64,000 nucleotides of DNA from an uncultured Mailhella sp. (GTDB taxonomy: Bacteria; Desulfobacterota; Desulfovibrionia; Desulfovibrionales; Desulfovibrionaceae), in assembly GCA_944322635.1 (NCBI GenBank), contig CALUPL010000045.1, positions 1,102 through 65,101 on the forward strand. The letters run 5' to 3'. Below are positions 38,367-47,773 of this stretch, in pieces. The notes below the pieces were generated by a model. It was not told the origin of the DNA and did no database searches. It saw nothing but the letters and a program-made list of their open reading frames with translations. Every line of letters starts with the position of its first letter. Within the stretch, counting starts at the first letter, position 1. The position numbers were made by a program, and so were the translations under genes.

Positions 38367-39404
38367 TCAACTCCTTCCGCAGTCGCTCATGTCGCCGTTC
38401 AGCTTTTCCAGCGCATGGGGCAGCACGGGCAGAAGCGCGGCAAGGTTTTCCTGGGCGGCCCGGCGGCTTCCGGGCAGAGCGATGAGCATGGTGCGTCCCA
38501 GGGTTCCGGCAAGGCAGCGGGAAAGCACGGCGCGCGGCGTATGGGTCAGGCCTTCGGAAAACATGACCTGCTCAAAGCCGGGCAAACGGCGATCCAGCAC
38601 GGGAATAAGGGCTTCGGGCGTAAAATCGCGCGGGGAGAGTCCGGTGCCGCCCGTGGTGACGATGAGTCCCCAGCCTGATGAGGCCAGAGTCTTCACAAGT
38701 TTGCGCAAAGCGCGCGGATCGTCGGGCAGAAGGAAAAGCTGACTTTTGGCGGGGGAAAGCTCCTTGAGCATGTCGAGCAGAAGAGGGCCGCTTTCATCCG
38801 TGCGTTCACCGGCGTATCCCTTGTCGGAAAGCGTGATGCAGGCCACGGCGAGTCCGTCACCGTTCCATGGTTCAGGAATGGGACGAGGTTCGGGCAGCGG
38901 TGTGTCCTCCACCTCGAAGAGCAGCGGATCGTCGGTCTTGAACAGACCGCTCTTGCCGCCGGATTTGAGAATGAGGCGCACGTCGCGTATGACCACGTCC
39001 TTCTGTACGGCCTTGACCATGTCGTAGATGGTGGCAGCCGCTGCCTGCGCGGCGACAATGGCTTCCATTTCCACGCCGGTACGGCCGGAAGTGCTGGCCG
39101 AGGCTTCGAGAATGACGGAGGGAGGCTCGTCCTGCACCTTGAAGCGCACATCCGCATGGGTGAGAGCCAGCGGGTGGCACATGGGAATGAGTTCGAAGGT
39201 TCGCTTGGCCGCCATGATTCCGGCCACCTGGGCCACGGTAAGCACGTCGCCCTTGGGCAGGGCCTTTGCCTTGAGCATTTCCAGCGTACGGGAGTTCAGC
39301 TCCACCACGGCGCGGGCTATGGCCGTACGCTTGGTTTCCGCTTTTGCGCTCACGTCCACCATGCGGGCGTTGCCCGAGGCATCAATATGGGAGAATTCAG
39401 ACAT
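38367..39404 (-). CDS. moaC: MoaC-MogA/MoaB fusion protein
   Basis: MVDVSAK, LIPMCHP, TGVEMEA, KSGGKSG, then SDKG...DESG, TTGGTG, LPGS. Confidence 0.92.
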   Translation of the reverse strand: MSEFSHIDASGNARMVDVSAKAETKRTAIARAVVELNSRTLEMLKAKALPKGDVLTVAQVAGIMAAKRTFELIPMCHPLALTHADVRFKVQDEPPSVILEASASTSGRTGVEMEAIVAAQAAAATIYDMVKAVQKDVVIRDVRLILKSGGKSGLFKTDDPLLFEVEDTPLPEPRPIPEPWNGDGLAVACITLSDKGYAGERTDESGPLLLDMLKELSPAKSQLFLLPDDPRALRKLVKTLASSGWGLIVTTGGTGLSPRDFTPEALIPVLDRRLPGFEQVMFSEGLTHTPRAVLSRCLAGTLGRTMLIALPGSRRAAQENLAALLPVLPHALEKLNGDMSDCGRS

Positions 39405-39418
39405 GGGAGCCTCGGAAA

Positions 39419-39886
39419 TTACGCCTGGGGAAGAACCTGGGGACGGAAGGAAATGCGGAAGCTGTCGCCGGGCTTCACCACGCCACCCTTGAGAATGCGG
39501 CAGAACACGCCTCGCCGCGGCATGATGCAGTCGCCGACCTGCTGGCGGATGGCGCAGCCCATGTGGCATTCCTTGCCTATCTGCGTGAGCACAAGTTCAA
39601 TGTCGTCGCCGATGACGAAGCGGGTGCCGATGGGGCAGGTGTAGAGTTCCACGCCTTCGGTGGTGATGTTTTCGGCAAAGTCGCCGGGATGCACGTCCGC
39701 TCCCATGGAGCGCATGTATTCAATGTCTTCCATGGCCAGCAGGCTGAGCTGACGGTGGGTACCGTCGGCATGGACGTCCCCTTCCACGCCGTGGTTGGCC
39801 ACAAGCGTCACCTGCGGCTGGTTGACTTTCTTTTCTCCCTTGCGGGCACTCGTGGATACGGCAACGATGCGCATGATATTCTCCAT
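39419..39886 (-). CDS. MOSC-domain protein
   Basis: GDVHA, RQLSLL, GDFAENI, QIGKECH, CIMPRRG. Confidence 0.88.
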   Translation of the reverse strand: MENIMRIVAVSTSARKGEKKVNQPQVTLVANHGVEGDVHADGTHRQLSLLAMEDIEYMRSMGADVHPGDFAENITTEGVELYTCPIGTRFVIGDDIELVLTQIGKECHMGCAIRQQVGDCIMPRRGVFCRILKGGVVKPGDSFRISFRPQVLPQA

Positions 39887-39925
39887 CCTTTCGGAAAAAC
39901 GGTTGGTTTCGGGGTGACCGGGCCG

Positions 39926-40558
39926 CTAGGGCCTTTCATTGACGATACGTATTTCCCTGGCCTGAAGAGCGGAGGGAATGTCCCTGTCGTGCGTGGCGCA
40001 CACGACGCTTACGCCTCTTTCGCGAAGAGAGCGTACAACATTGAGTATGGCTTTTTCGCTTGCCGCGTCAACATTGGATGTCGGTTCATCGAGTAAAAGT
40101 ACGGAAGGAGAGAGAATGAGTCTGGAGGCAAGGGCAATGCGCTGTCTTTCTCCACCGGAAAGTTCTCCCGGGCCGCGCGAGGCCATGCTGTCCGGATCGG
40201 AAAAGCCCACAGCAAGCATGCTTTCCCGGTAGCCTTTGCGCCGCGTTTCGGCGTCGAAGCCGCGCAGACGCAGCCCGAGGGTCACGTTCCAGAATACGGA
40301 AGCCTTCATGAGATAGGGTTCCTGAAGAAGCAGCGTGATTTCCTTGCGGGGATCGCTTTCGTTGCCGAAGTAGCGGAGGGTACCGGAAGTGGGCGTTTCC
40401 AGAAAGGCGAGAAGACGCAGCAGTGTGGATTTGCCGCTGCCGTTTCTTCCTGTAAGGGCCACGGTCTCTCCCTTTTCCATGGAAAAGAAGGGAAGATGGA
40501 GCGCGGTAATGCTGCCGTAGCATTTGGTGAGTTCGTGCGCCTCGAAAAGAGTGTTCAT
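39926..40558 (-). CDS. tupC: Tungstate ABC transporter ATPase
   Basis: GRNGSGKST, LSGGERQR, LDEPT; follows tupAB. Confidence 0.85.
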   Translation of the reverse strand: MNTLFEAHELTKCYGSITALHLPFFSMEKGETVALTGRNGSGKSTLLRLLAFLETPTSGTLRYFGNESDPRKEITLLLQEPYLMKASVFWNVTLGLRLRGFDAETRRKGYRESMLAVGFSDPDSMASRGPGELSGGERQRIALASRLILSPSVLLLDEPTSNVDAASEKAILNVVRSLRERGVSVVCATHDRDIPSALQAREIRIVNERP

Positions 40559-41250
40559 GCGCGCCCCTTATGTCTGAGCCAGGTCATGAGAAAGTTTACC
40601 AGAAAGGCGATGAGGAGAAGCACCAGGCCGAGAGCTATGCCCTGAGCGAATTCGCCCTTGCTGGTTTCCAGAGAAATGGCCGTGGTCATGGTTCTTGTGG
40701 AGTAGCGGATGTTGCCGCCGAGCATCATGGCAACGCCTACTTCCGTGACCACGCGGCCGAAGGCCGTAACGCAGACCATGGCAAGGTCGTAGCGTATTTC
40801 GCGGATGGTGTGCAGGGCGACCTGTGCGGGTGATGCTCCGAGCGTAAGCAGGGTTTCCCGGCATCGCCGATCCAGATTTTCCACGGCCTGCGCCGTCCAG
40901 GAAACCACAATGGGCAGGGCAAGAATGGTTTGTCCTATGACCATGCCGGGCACGGTGAAGAGCAGTCCGAATTGTCCGAGCGGCCCCCGGTAGGTGATGA
41001 ATACATAGACCACGAGGCCTATGAGAACCGTGGGAAAGGCCAGCAGCGTGTCGGAGACAAGGCGCAGGAGCTTTTTGCCCGGAAAGCTGGTATAGCCGAG
41101 CAGAAAGCCCAGCGGCAAACCCAGGGCCGTGGCTATGATGAGGGCGCAGCTCGTGGAGGTGAGCGTGGCCTCTATGGCGGAGAAGGTGGCGTCGTCCATG
41201 TGCAGCAGAAGGTCTATGGCCTTCTGCATGCCTTCACTGAAATATCCCAT
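40555..41250 (-). CDS. tupB: Tungstate ABC transporter permease
   Basis: FGRVVTEVG..MMLGGNI..TRTMTTAI.LETSKG. Confidence 0.9.
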   Translation of the reverse strand: MGYFSEGMQKAIDLLLHMDDATFSAIEATLTSTSCALIIATALGLPLGFLLGYTSFPGKKLLRLVSDTLLAFPTVLIGLVVYVFITYRGPLGQFGLLFTVPGMVIGQTILALPIVVSWTAQAVENLDRRCRETLLTLGASPAQVALHTIREIRYDLAMVCVTAFGRVVTEVGVAMMLGGNIRYSTRTMTTAISLETSKGEFAQGIALGLVLLLIAFLVNFLMTWLRHKGRA

Positions 41251-41307
41251 GATGACCTGCGGAGAAAAAAGGAAACGCGGGCCGGGACATCCGGCCCGCG
41301 CAGAGGC

Positions 41308-42129
41308 TTACTTGCCGGCGTTGGGGAAGAAGAGCTGCTTGCCTTCCAGCTTGTAGTCTTCAATGAGCTTCTGGGTCTTGGGGCTCACCCACCAGTCTTC
41401 GAACTTCACGGCGAGGTCCTTCTTGACGTTGGGGCAGAGCTTGGGATTCGTGGTGATGACGCTGTACTGGTTGAAGAGCGCGCTGTCGCCCTGCACCACG
41501 ATGGTCAGAGGATTGGAGGCACCCTGCTGGCTTTCGTACTTGATCCAGGTACCGCGGTCGGTGAGAGCATAGGCGCCCTTTTCGGCGGCAATGGCGAGAG
41601 TGGCCATCATGCCCTGACCGGCGGAAATGTAGAAGGGTTCCTTGTCGGGTTTCAGGTTGAACTTCTTCCACAGATTGAGCTCAGCGGAGTGAGTGCCGGA
41701 CTTGTCGCCGCGGCTGACGAATCCGGCCTTGGCGTCATAAATGGCCTTCAGAGCTTCGCCCGTGGTCTTGCCGGCGATTTTCGCGGGATCGGCCTTGGGG
41801 CCGACAATGACGAAGTCGTTGTACATGACCTGACGACGATCGATGCCGTAGCCATCTTCAATGAACTTCTTTTCCACGTCGGGAGCGTGAACGAGAAGCA
41901 CGTCGGCGTCGCAGTTTTTGGAGATTTCAAGTGCTTTGCCGGTGCCTACGGCCACCCACTTGAGGTCGATGCCGGTTTCCTTCTTGAAAACGGGAGCGAC
42001 GTATTCCAGCAGTCCGGAATCCTGGGTGCTGGTGGTCGTTGCCATCATAAGGGTGTCGGCGGCCTGCGCGGGGAGTGTGCAGGCAAGGGAGAGCAGAGTG
42101 CCGAAAAGGACTTTGCCGAGGTGGTTCAT
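41308..42129 (-). CDS. tupA: Tungstate-binding periplasmic protein
   Basis: Signal peptide, ATTTS..DSGL signature, GTG.AL, VHAP, SRGDKSGTH. Confidence 0.93.
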   Translation of the reverse strand: MNHLGKVLFGTLLSLACTLPAQAADTLMMATTTSTQDSGLLEYVAPVFKKETGIDLKWVAVGTGKALEISKNCDADVLLVHAPDVEKKFIEDGYGIDRRQVMYNDFVIVGPKADPAKIAGKTTGEALKAIYDAKAGFVSRGDKSGTHSAELNLWKKFNLKPDKEPFYISAGQGMMATLAIAAEKGAYALTDRGTWIKYESQQGASNPLTIVVQGDSALFNQYSVITTNPKLCPNVKKDLAVKFEDWWVSPKTQKLIEDYKLEGKQLFFPNAGK

Positions 42130-42182
42130 GGAGATGCTCCTTGTTATGGTTGCGGCTCTTCAAAAGTGAGGGGCCGTTTTTG

Positions 42183-43169
42183 TCAGTCGGTGGAAAGGCT
42201 GACGGCGCGCGCGGGAAAGCTCAGATAGACCCTGCTGCCCTGACGCACTCGAAGACGAGCAAGATGTGCCGTTTCCTGCACGGCATTCATTCTCGTGCCG
42301 TCGGAAAGTTCCAGTATGAGAAAGGACTCCGCGGTATCCTGATGGATTGATGCGACCGTGGCGTTTACCGGCCCCTGAAGAGCCAGGGAAGTTTTTTCCG
42401 TGGAAAGCACTATCTGCTCCGGGTCGATGGAAACCGTGACCACCTGGTTGAGGTGCAGTTCCGCGTTCATGAACTGCTGTACGTCGCATCTTGCCGTGAT
42501 GACGAGGTCGGAAAACGTGGTGACCTCCACGTTTGCCGCCCGCATGCCCGTCCGTATGTCCGTAATGATGCCTATGAAGGAATTATCGTTTTCCTCTCCT
42601 TTTTGCTGTCTGCCTGCGGAACTTTTCTGTACGATGCGTTTGGCTTCTCCTCCGGCAAAATCCAGGAATTCCGCAATCTGCGACGTCTTCTGCTGGCCGA
42701 GGTAGGCCTGCACCACATTGAAGGGCACGTGCAGTTCCAGAAGCTCCAGACCTCTGGCATAGCGTATGGCCCGCGGCCCGGCCATGCCCGGTGCAAGACC
42801 CATGCCTTCGGCCACGGCATAGAATTTTTTGCGGACGAAGCCCTGATCGAAATGAAGAAAGGATTCGCTTTCCGCTTCGGGCAGGCTGAGAATCCGCCTG
42901 ATGTGCTTCATGCACGATACCGGAAGAAGTACGTCCCGGCCTCCGGGGTCGGGGACATGCACCATGCCGGTCACCGTGTCTATGGCTTGCCTTGCGTTCA
43001 GACCGAGTGCCTCGCCGAGCCTCAGCCCTCCGTAGCGTATGAGCAGGAAAAGAAGATGGAGCCGGGCGCGGACGATTATTTTCGCCGTGGTCGTGGCTTC
43101 CGCTTCCCATGTTTCCCAGCGGAGAGTGAGCTGTTCAAGCAGAGGTCTGGTCAGATGTTGCTGAGGCAA
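42183..43169 (-). CDS. tunR: TunR-family regulator: inactivated tyrosine-recombinase-like domain plus two TOBE domains
   Basis: RYGGLRLGEAL, then PRAIRYAR and YLGQ....AEF (catalytic His/Tyr lost); C-terminal TOBE-like beta repeats; heads the tupABC operon. Confidence 0.75.
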   Translation of the reverse strand: MPQQHLTRPLLEQLTLRWETWEAEATTTAKIIVRARLHLLFLLIRYGGLRLGEALGLNARQAIDTVTGMVHVPDPGGRDVLLPVSCMKHIRRILSLPEAESESFLHFDQGFVRKKFYAVAEGMGLAPGMAGPRAIRYARGLELLELHVPFNVVQAYLGQQKTSQIAEFLDFAGGEAKRIVQKSSAGRQQKGEENDNSFIGIITDIRTGMRAANVEVTTFSDLVITARCDVQQFMNAELHLNQVVTVSIDPEQIVLSTEKTSLALQGPVNATVASIHQDTAESFLILELSDGTRMNAVQETAHLARLRVRQGSRVYLSFPARAVSLSTD

Positions 43170-43221
43170 GGTGCACTTCGTCTTTTATCCGTTCCGCCCC
43201 ATGGAAATCAGAGGGCGGGGG

Positions 43222-43251
43222 CATTTATGAAATCATGCCGTTTCATAAATG
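43222..43251. promoter_or_regulatory. Perfect 11-8-11 inverted repeat, candidate TunR site
   Basis: CATTTATGAAA-TCATGCCG-TTTCATAAATG, about 50 nt upstream of tunR. Confidence 0.6.
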
Positions 43252-43565
43252 GCATAAAATGGTCATGGTGTATATGCTGTGAAAAATATCCGTTGCCGAA
43301 TTATGAAATAGCTTCCTTGAGGAAAATGCTTATTTCAATATAACGTAAAAAATGCATATGAGCAATACTGAAATGGGGAAATGATTATTGAGCAGATTTT
43401 TATTTCAAAATTATCATATTTCTTTTCAAGGTGATTGGGCAAAAAATGAAATATGTCCGAACGGCCTTCCCTCGTCTGCTTTTCTGAAGGAGAAGGGCGT
43501 CTTTTCATTTTTCTTCAAAAGGTTATACTCCGCAGAAGTATCATTCCATTTACCCGGGAGAAGTC

Positions 43566-44792
43566 ATGAAGTCCTTTCTTACCCTGAAATCGGTGGACGA
43601 GGTATTGTCGCTCGTCAGATCATTTGAGCCTCTTGAGGAAGAGTACATAGCTCTGGATGATTGTGCCGGGCGCTATCTTGCGCACGACTGGGCGGCTCCG
43701 GAAGATCTGCCGGGTTTTAATCGTTCCACCGTGGACGGGTATGCCGTTCGGGCGCGTGATGTGTTCGGCGCTCAGGAAGGCTCTCCCGCACTTCTGGAAT
43801 GCGTGGGCGACTGCCCCATGGGAAAGGCTCCGGATTTTTCCCTTGCTCCGGGTCAGACAGCGCGCATTCTTACGGGCGGAATGTTGCCCGATGGGGCGGA
43901 CTGCGTGGTCATGGTGGAATATTCCCGGCCTGCGGGAGAGAACCTTGTGGAGCTTGTGCGCACGCAGGCGCCGGGCGATCATGTGCTGGAACGCGACGAG
44001 GATGCGGCGCTCGGAAAAACGCTTCTCACGGCGGGAACCCGCCTGCGTCCGCAGGAAATAGGACTGCTTGCCGCTCTCGGTCAGGCGGGCGTTTCCGTGA
44101 CAAGGCGGCCGCGGGTGGCCATTCTTTCCACGGGCGACGAGGTCGTGCCTTTTGATCAGAAGCCGCTCCCCGGTCAGGTGAGGGACGTGAATTCCCATTC
44201 CGTGGCGGCTCTGTGCCGGGCGGAAGGCGCCGAGGTGCGCTTTGAAGGGCTTGTCCGCGACGATGTGGCGAAGCTGGAAGCCTCCGTGCGCAACGCTCTG
44301 GATTTTGCCGACGTGGTGCTGCTTTCCGGCGGCTCTTCGGCAGGCATGAGGGATCACACCGTGGACATTTTTCTTTCCATGCCCGACAGCGAGCTTCTGG
44401 TGCACGGGGCGGCCATAAGCCCCGGCAAGCCGTTCATACTGGCCCGTTCCGGCAAAAAGTGCCTCATGGGCCTGCCCGGTCACGTGTCGAGCGCCCTGGT
44501 TTGCGCACGGGTGTTTCTTGCGCCTTTGCTCAGACATCTTCAGGGCGGGGAGGAACCCGTGGCCGCCGGAGTGCAGGCCGTGCTTTCCCGGTCCGTGGCT
44601 TCGGCGCAGGGGCGCAGAGACTTCATCCGCGTCAAGCTTTCGCGTTCGGAAAAAGGCTGGAGTGCCGAACCCGTCACGTCGCCTTCCGGGCTCATTTCCG
44701 GTCTTGTGCAGGCCGATGCTCTGGTCGTATGCCCGGAAAACAGTGAGGGGCTTTACGCCGGACAGGAAGTGTTTGCGGAACTCTTGCGCTAG
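43566..44792 (+). CDS. moeA: Molybdopterin molybdo/tungstotransferase
   Basis: STVDGYAV, ILTGG, STGDE, DVNS, SGGSS, SPGKP, GLPG. Confidence 0.93.
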   Translation: MKSFLTLKSVDEVLSLVRSFEPLEEEYIALDDCAGRYLAHDWAAPEDLPGFNRSTVDGYAVRARDVFGAQEGSPALLECVGDCPMGKAPDFSLAPGQTARILTGGMLPDGADCVVMVEYSRPAGENLVELVRTQAPGDHVLERDEDAALGKTLLTAGTRLRPQEIGLLAALGQAGVSVTRRPRVAILSTGDEVVPFDQKPLPGQVRDVNSHSVAALCRAEGAEVRFEGLVRDDVAKLEASVRNALDFADVVLLSGGSSAGMRDHTVDIFLSMPDSELLVHGAAISPGKPFILARSGKKCLMGLPGHVSSALVCARVFLAPLLRHLQGGEEPVAAGVQAVLSRSVASAQGRRDFIRVKLSRSEKGWSAEPVTSPSGLISGLVQADALVVCPENSEGLYAGQEVFAELLR

Positions 44793-44984
44793 AGTGGCGC
44801 AAAGCAGCAGGCAAAGGGGCCGCAGGAGCCTGCCTCTGAAAACGTTTGTCGCTTTTGCCTGGCCCTGCGGAGAAAATTAGGCCGCAGATCAGAGTTTCGT
44901 GCCTTTCGAGGTTCTCAATTTTTTGCGGTCCTGCCGTCCGTATCGAACTGTTTGGAACTGTGGCGCGTCGCGCCGGAGGAATAT

Positions 44985-46943
44985 ATGCCAAGACATACCT
45001 ATCTTACGATGAAGACGCCCGAGGAAGCGAGGCATCTGTGGTTTGCCGCTGTGGACAAGCTCGGCATGGAGCTTTCCGAAGAAGAGGTTCCCCTTTCCGT
45101 CGCTCTGCATCGCGTTCTTTCCAGGCCCGTGGAGGCTCTGCGCTCTTCGCCTGCCTTTCACGGCGCGGCCATGGACGGCGTGGCCGTCAAGGCCGAAGAC
45201 ACGTTCACGGCATCTCCCCGTCGTCCTCTGCGCCTTGAAATCGGAAAGAACGCCTTCTGGATCAATACCGGCCGTCCCATGCCCGAGGGCTGCAATGCCG
45301 TTATCATGGTGGAGCATCTCAACGTTGAGGAAGGCGGAAAGTACGTGGTCACGGAAAAGGCCGCCTTCCCCTGGCAGCACGTGCGCAAGCTTGGCGAAGA
45401 CATGGTGGCCACGGAAATCATCCTTGCGCCCGGCGTGGTCGTGGGGCCGTATGAACTCGGCGCGCTGGCGGCGGCGGGCGTGACGCATCCGCCCGTGTTC
45501 CGCAGGCCTGAAGTCGCGATCATTCCCAGCGGTTCGGAGATAGTGGCCCTCGATGAGGCCAAGGATGAGGACCTTCGTTCCGGCCGCGCGCTTCCGGAAT
45601 TCAACTCCCTTATTTTTTCCTCCATGGTGGAGGAAGCAGGCGGACATGCCGGTGTTTGCCCCATCGTTCCCGACGACGTGGAACGCATTCGCGCGGCCAT
45701 AGCCTCAGCCGTGGAGAGCGGAGCGGATCTCGTCATCATGAACGCGGGTTCTTCCGCAGGCAGTCATGATTACACGGCCGACGTCATTGCAGGCATGGGC
45801 GAGCTCCTGGTGCACGGCGTGGCCGTCATGCCCGGCAAGCCCACGGCCCTCGGCATTGTGGAAGCGGCCGGCCGCAGGGTTCCCATCATAGGCACTCCGG
45901 GCTATCCGGTTTCCGCCATCGTGGCCATGGAGGAATTTGCTCTGCCTCTTCTCGCCCGCTGGCAGAAAAGAGGCGTGAAGCGCCGTGAGAGCGTTTCCGT
46001 CATTCCCTGCAATCCCATTCCTTCCCGTCCCGGCATGGAGGAGAGGGTTCGGGTGAAGCTCGGCATGGTGGATGGAAATTGCTATGCGGTCACGCTTCCT
46101 CGCGGGGCGGGCACGGTCACGAGTCTTTCCCGGGCCGACGCCGTCATTCCCATTGAGCGCGACCGCGAAGGCCTGGATGCAGGACAGCCCGTGCGTGCGG
46201 AACTTCTTCGCAGCCGTGAGGAAATAGAGGGGGCACTGCTTGCCGTAGGCAGTCACGACAACTCTCTGGATCTCATCGACAGTCTGCTGCGGCGTCGGCA
46301 TCCCGGCTTCCGGCTTACGTCGGCCCATGTGGGGTCTCTGGGCGGACTTCTTGCGCTTCGGCGCGGGCAGTGCCACCTTGCGGGCAGTCATCTCCTCGAC
46401 GAAGAAACGGGCGTTTACAACCGCAGGGCCATTCAGGAAAACATGAAGGGAATGCCGGCGCTGCTGGTGCAGCTGGTGGATCGTGAGCAGGGCATCATGG
46501 TTTTGCCCGGCAACCCGAAAAACATTGTGTCGTTCGAAGATTTGTGCCGGGAAGACGTGCAGTTCATCAACCGCCAGCGCGGGAGCGGTACGCGGGTGCT
46601 TCTCGATTATGAGCTCAAAAAGCGCGGCTTGTCTCCCGCCCGCATACAGGGCTACCGCGATGAGGAATACACGCACATGAACGTGGCGGCGGCCGTGCTT
46701 TCGGGGCGCGCCGACGCGGGACTGGGCGTGCGTTCCGCCGCAGCTGCTCTTGGACTGGACTTCATATCCGTGGGCGTGGAGGAATACGACCTCGTCATTC
46801 CCCAGCGCTATGCCGAAGATGCGCGCATTCTGGCGCTGTTTGACGTCATTCGCTCCGACGAGTTCAAGGAAAGCGTGCGCGCCATGGGCGGCTATGGAAC
46901 GGACAGAACCGGCAGCATCCTCTGGGAATACGACGGAAAATAA
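44985..46943 (+). CDS. moeA: MoeA fused to a C-terminal periplasmic-binding-protein-like domain
   Basis: AAMDGVAV, PGKP, PGYPVS, then GSHD, VGSLGGL, NRQRGSGTR; typical of tungstoenzyme loci. Confidence 0.9.
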   Translation: MPRHTYLTMKTPEEARHLWFAAVDKLGMELSEEEVPLSVALHRVLSRPVEALRSSPAFHGAAMDGVAVKAEDTFTASPRRPLRLEIGKNAFWINTGRPMPEGCNAVIMVEHLNVEEGGKYVVTEKAAFPWQHVRKLGEDMVATEIILAPGVVVGPYELGALAAAGVTHPPVFRRPEVAIIPSGSEIVALDEAKDEDLRSGRALPEFNSLIFSSMVEEAGGHAGVCPIVPDDVERIRAAIASAVESGADLVIMNAGSSAGSHDYTADVIAGMGELLVHGVAVMPGKPTALGIVEAAGRRVPIIGTPGYPVSAIVAMEEFALPLLARWQKRGVKRRESVSVIPCNPIPSRPGMEERVRVKLGMVDGNCYAVTLPRGAGTVTSLSRADAVIPIERDREGLDAGQPVRAELLRSREEIEGALLAVGSHDNSLDLIDSLLRRRHPGFRLTSAHVGSLGGLLALRRGQCHLAGSHLLDEETGVYNRRAIQENMKGMPALLVQLVDREQGIMVLPGNPKNIVSFEDLCREDVQFINRQRGSGTRVLLDYELKKRGLSPARIQGYRDEEYTHMNVAAAVLSGRADAGLGVRSAAAALGLDFISVGVEEYDLVIPQRYAEDARILALFDVIRSDEFKESVRAMGGYGTDRTGSILWEYDGK

Positions 46944-47388
46944 GGAATGAGGCCCGCGTTCTTGAATCGTCGCACAGGCAGAAAGGCCGGGGCTTTTCTG
47001 TTTGTGCGCTGAAAGAGGCGGGCCGTTTTCTTTTTGTTTTTTCTGAAGAAAACAGGAAGCGTCCGGCGGAAAATTGAAGCAGGAGCGTACCAGAACAGGA
47101 AACGTTTCAGACTTTTTGTTGCCGGAGTAGTCGAACCGTGCCCTGTTGCGGCAGGATAAAGGATTCCTGTCGCAGAAAAGCAAAGAAGATCAGGAAGCTG
47201 GCGAGGGCTTTTTCTTAAGACGCTGAGGCCTGAAGAGGCGGCTGACGGAATCCGAACGATTCGACTTATGACAGAACGCTTTTCAGGCGCAAAGGAATGA
47301 AGGGAAAGGGGCGGCTTCGACTGACTGCGGCAGCAGTGGAAAAAGCGGTGCGGTTGATGCGGCGATAAATGAGGGATCGCCGGCTGTA

Positions 47389-47742
47389 TCAGGAATCGGC
47401 TTGAGCGTTTTTGGAACCTACGTATTTTTTCATGGCCAGGCTGCACTTGCCAGTTTTGATTTTCCGAGGTGTGGTTGCGTTTTCGGAAAGCTGCACGCTT
47501 GCAGGCAGGCAGGAACGGATGATGTCGAAGGTTCCGTCTTTTTTCCAGGCCGTAAAGCGGCGCCATGCCGTGACGTAGCTGCCCATGTCGCGGGGCAGGT
47601 CGCTCCAGCGGCAGCCTGTGGTAAGAACATAGAGAACGGCTTCGAGCGTTTCGCGGTCGCTCTTGCGGGGACGTCCTACTTTTTTGCCCCGGGCAAGAAA
47701 CGGCTCTATGCGTCTCCATTGCTGATCGCTGATGAATGCCAT
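47389..47742 (-). mobile_element. IS5-family transposase N-terminal (DUF4096-like) fragment with no DDE domain
   Basis: ISDQQW..IEP.L, GRPR, VLYVLTTGCRWSDLP, TAWRRF..W..DG. No IDST/DDE segment or terminal inverted repeats seen. Confidence 0.75.
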
Positions 47743-47773
47743 GCCATGATCCTTTGAGGTATGATGTGTTTTT

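Noticed and set aside
42183-43169. Active integrase marking a genomic island
   Set aside because: Catalytic His/Tyr are missing, TOBE domains are fused, and no att-like repeats or cargo boundary are visible.
43170-43565. Moco/Wco riboswitch in the tunR-moeA intergenic region
   Set aside because: The region is AT-rich promoter DNA with no recognisable GC-rich multi-stem aptamer.
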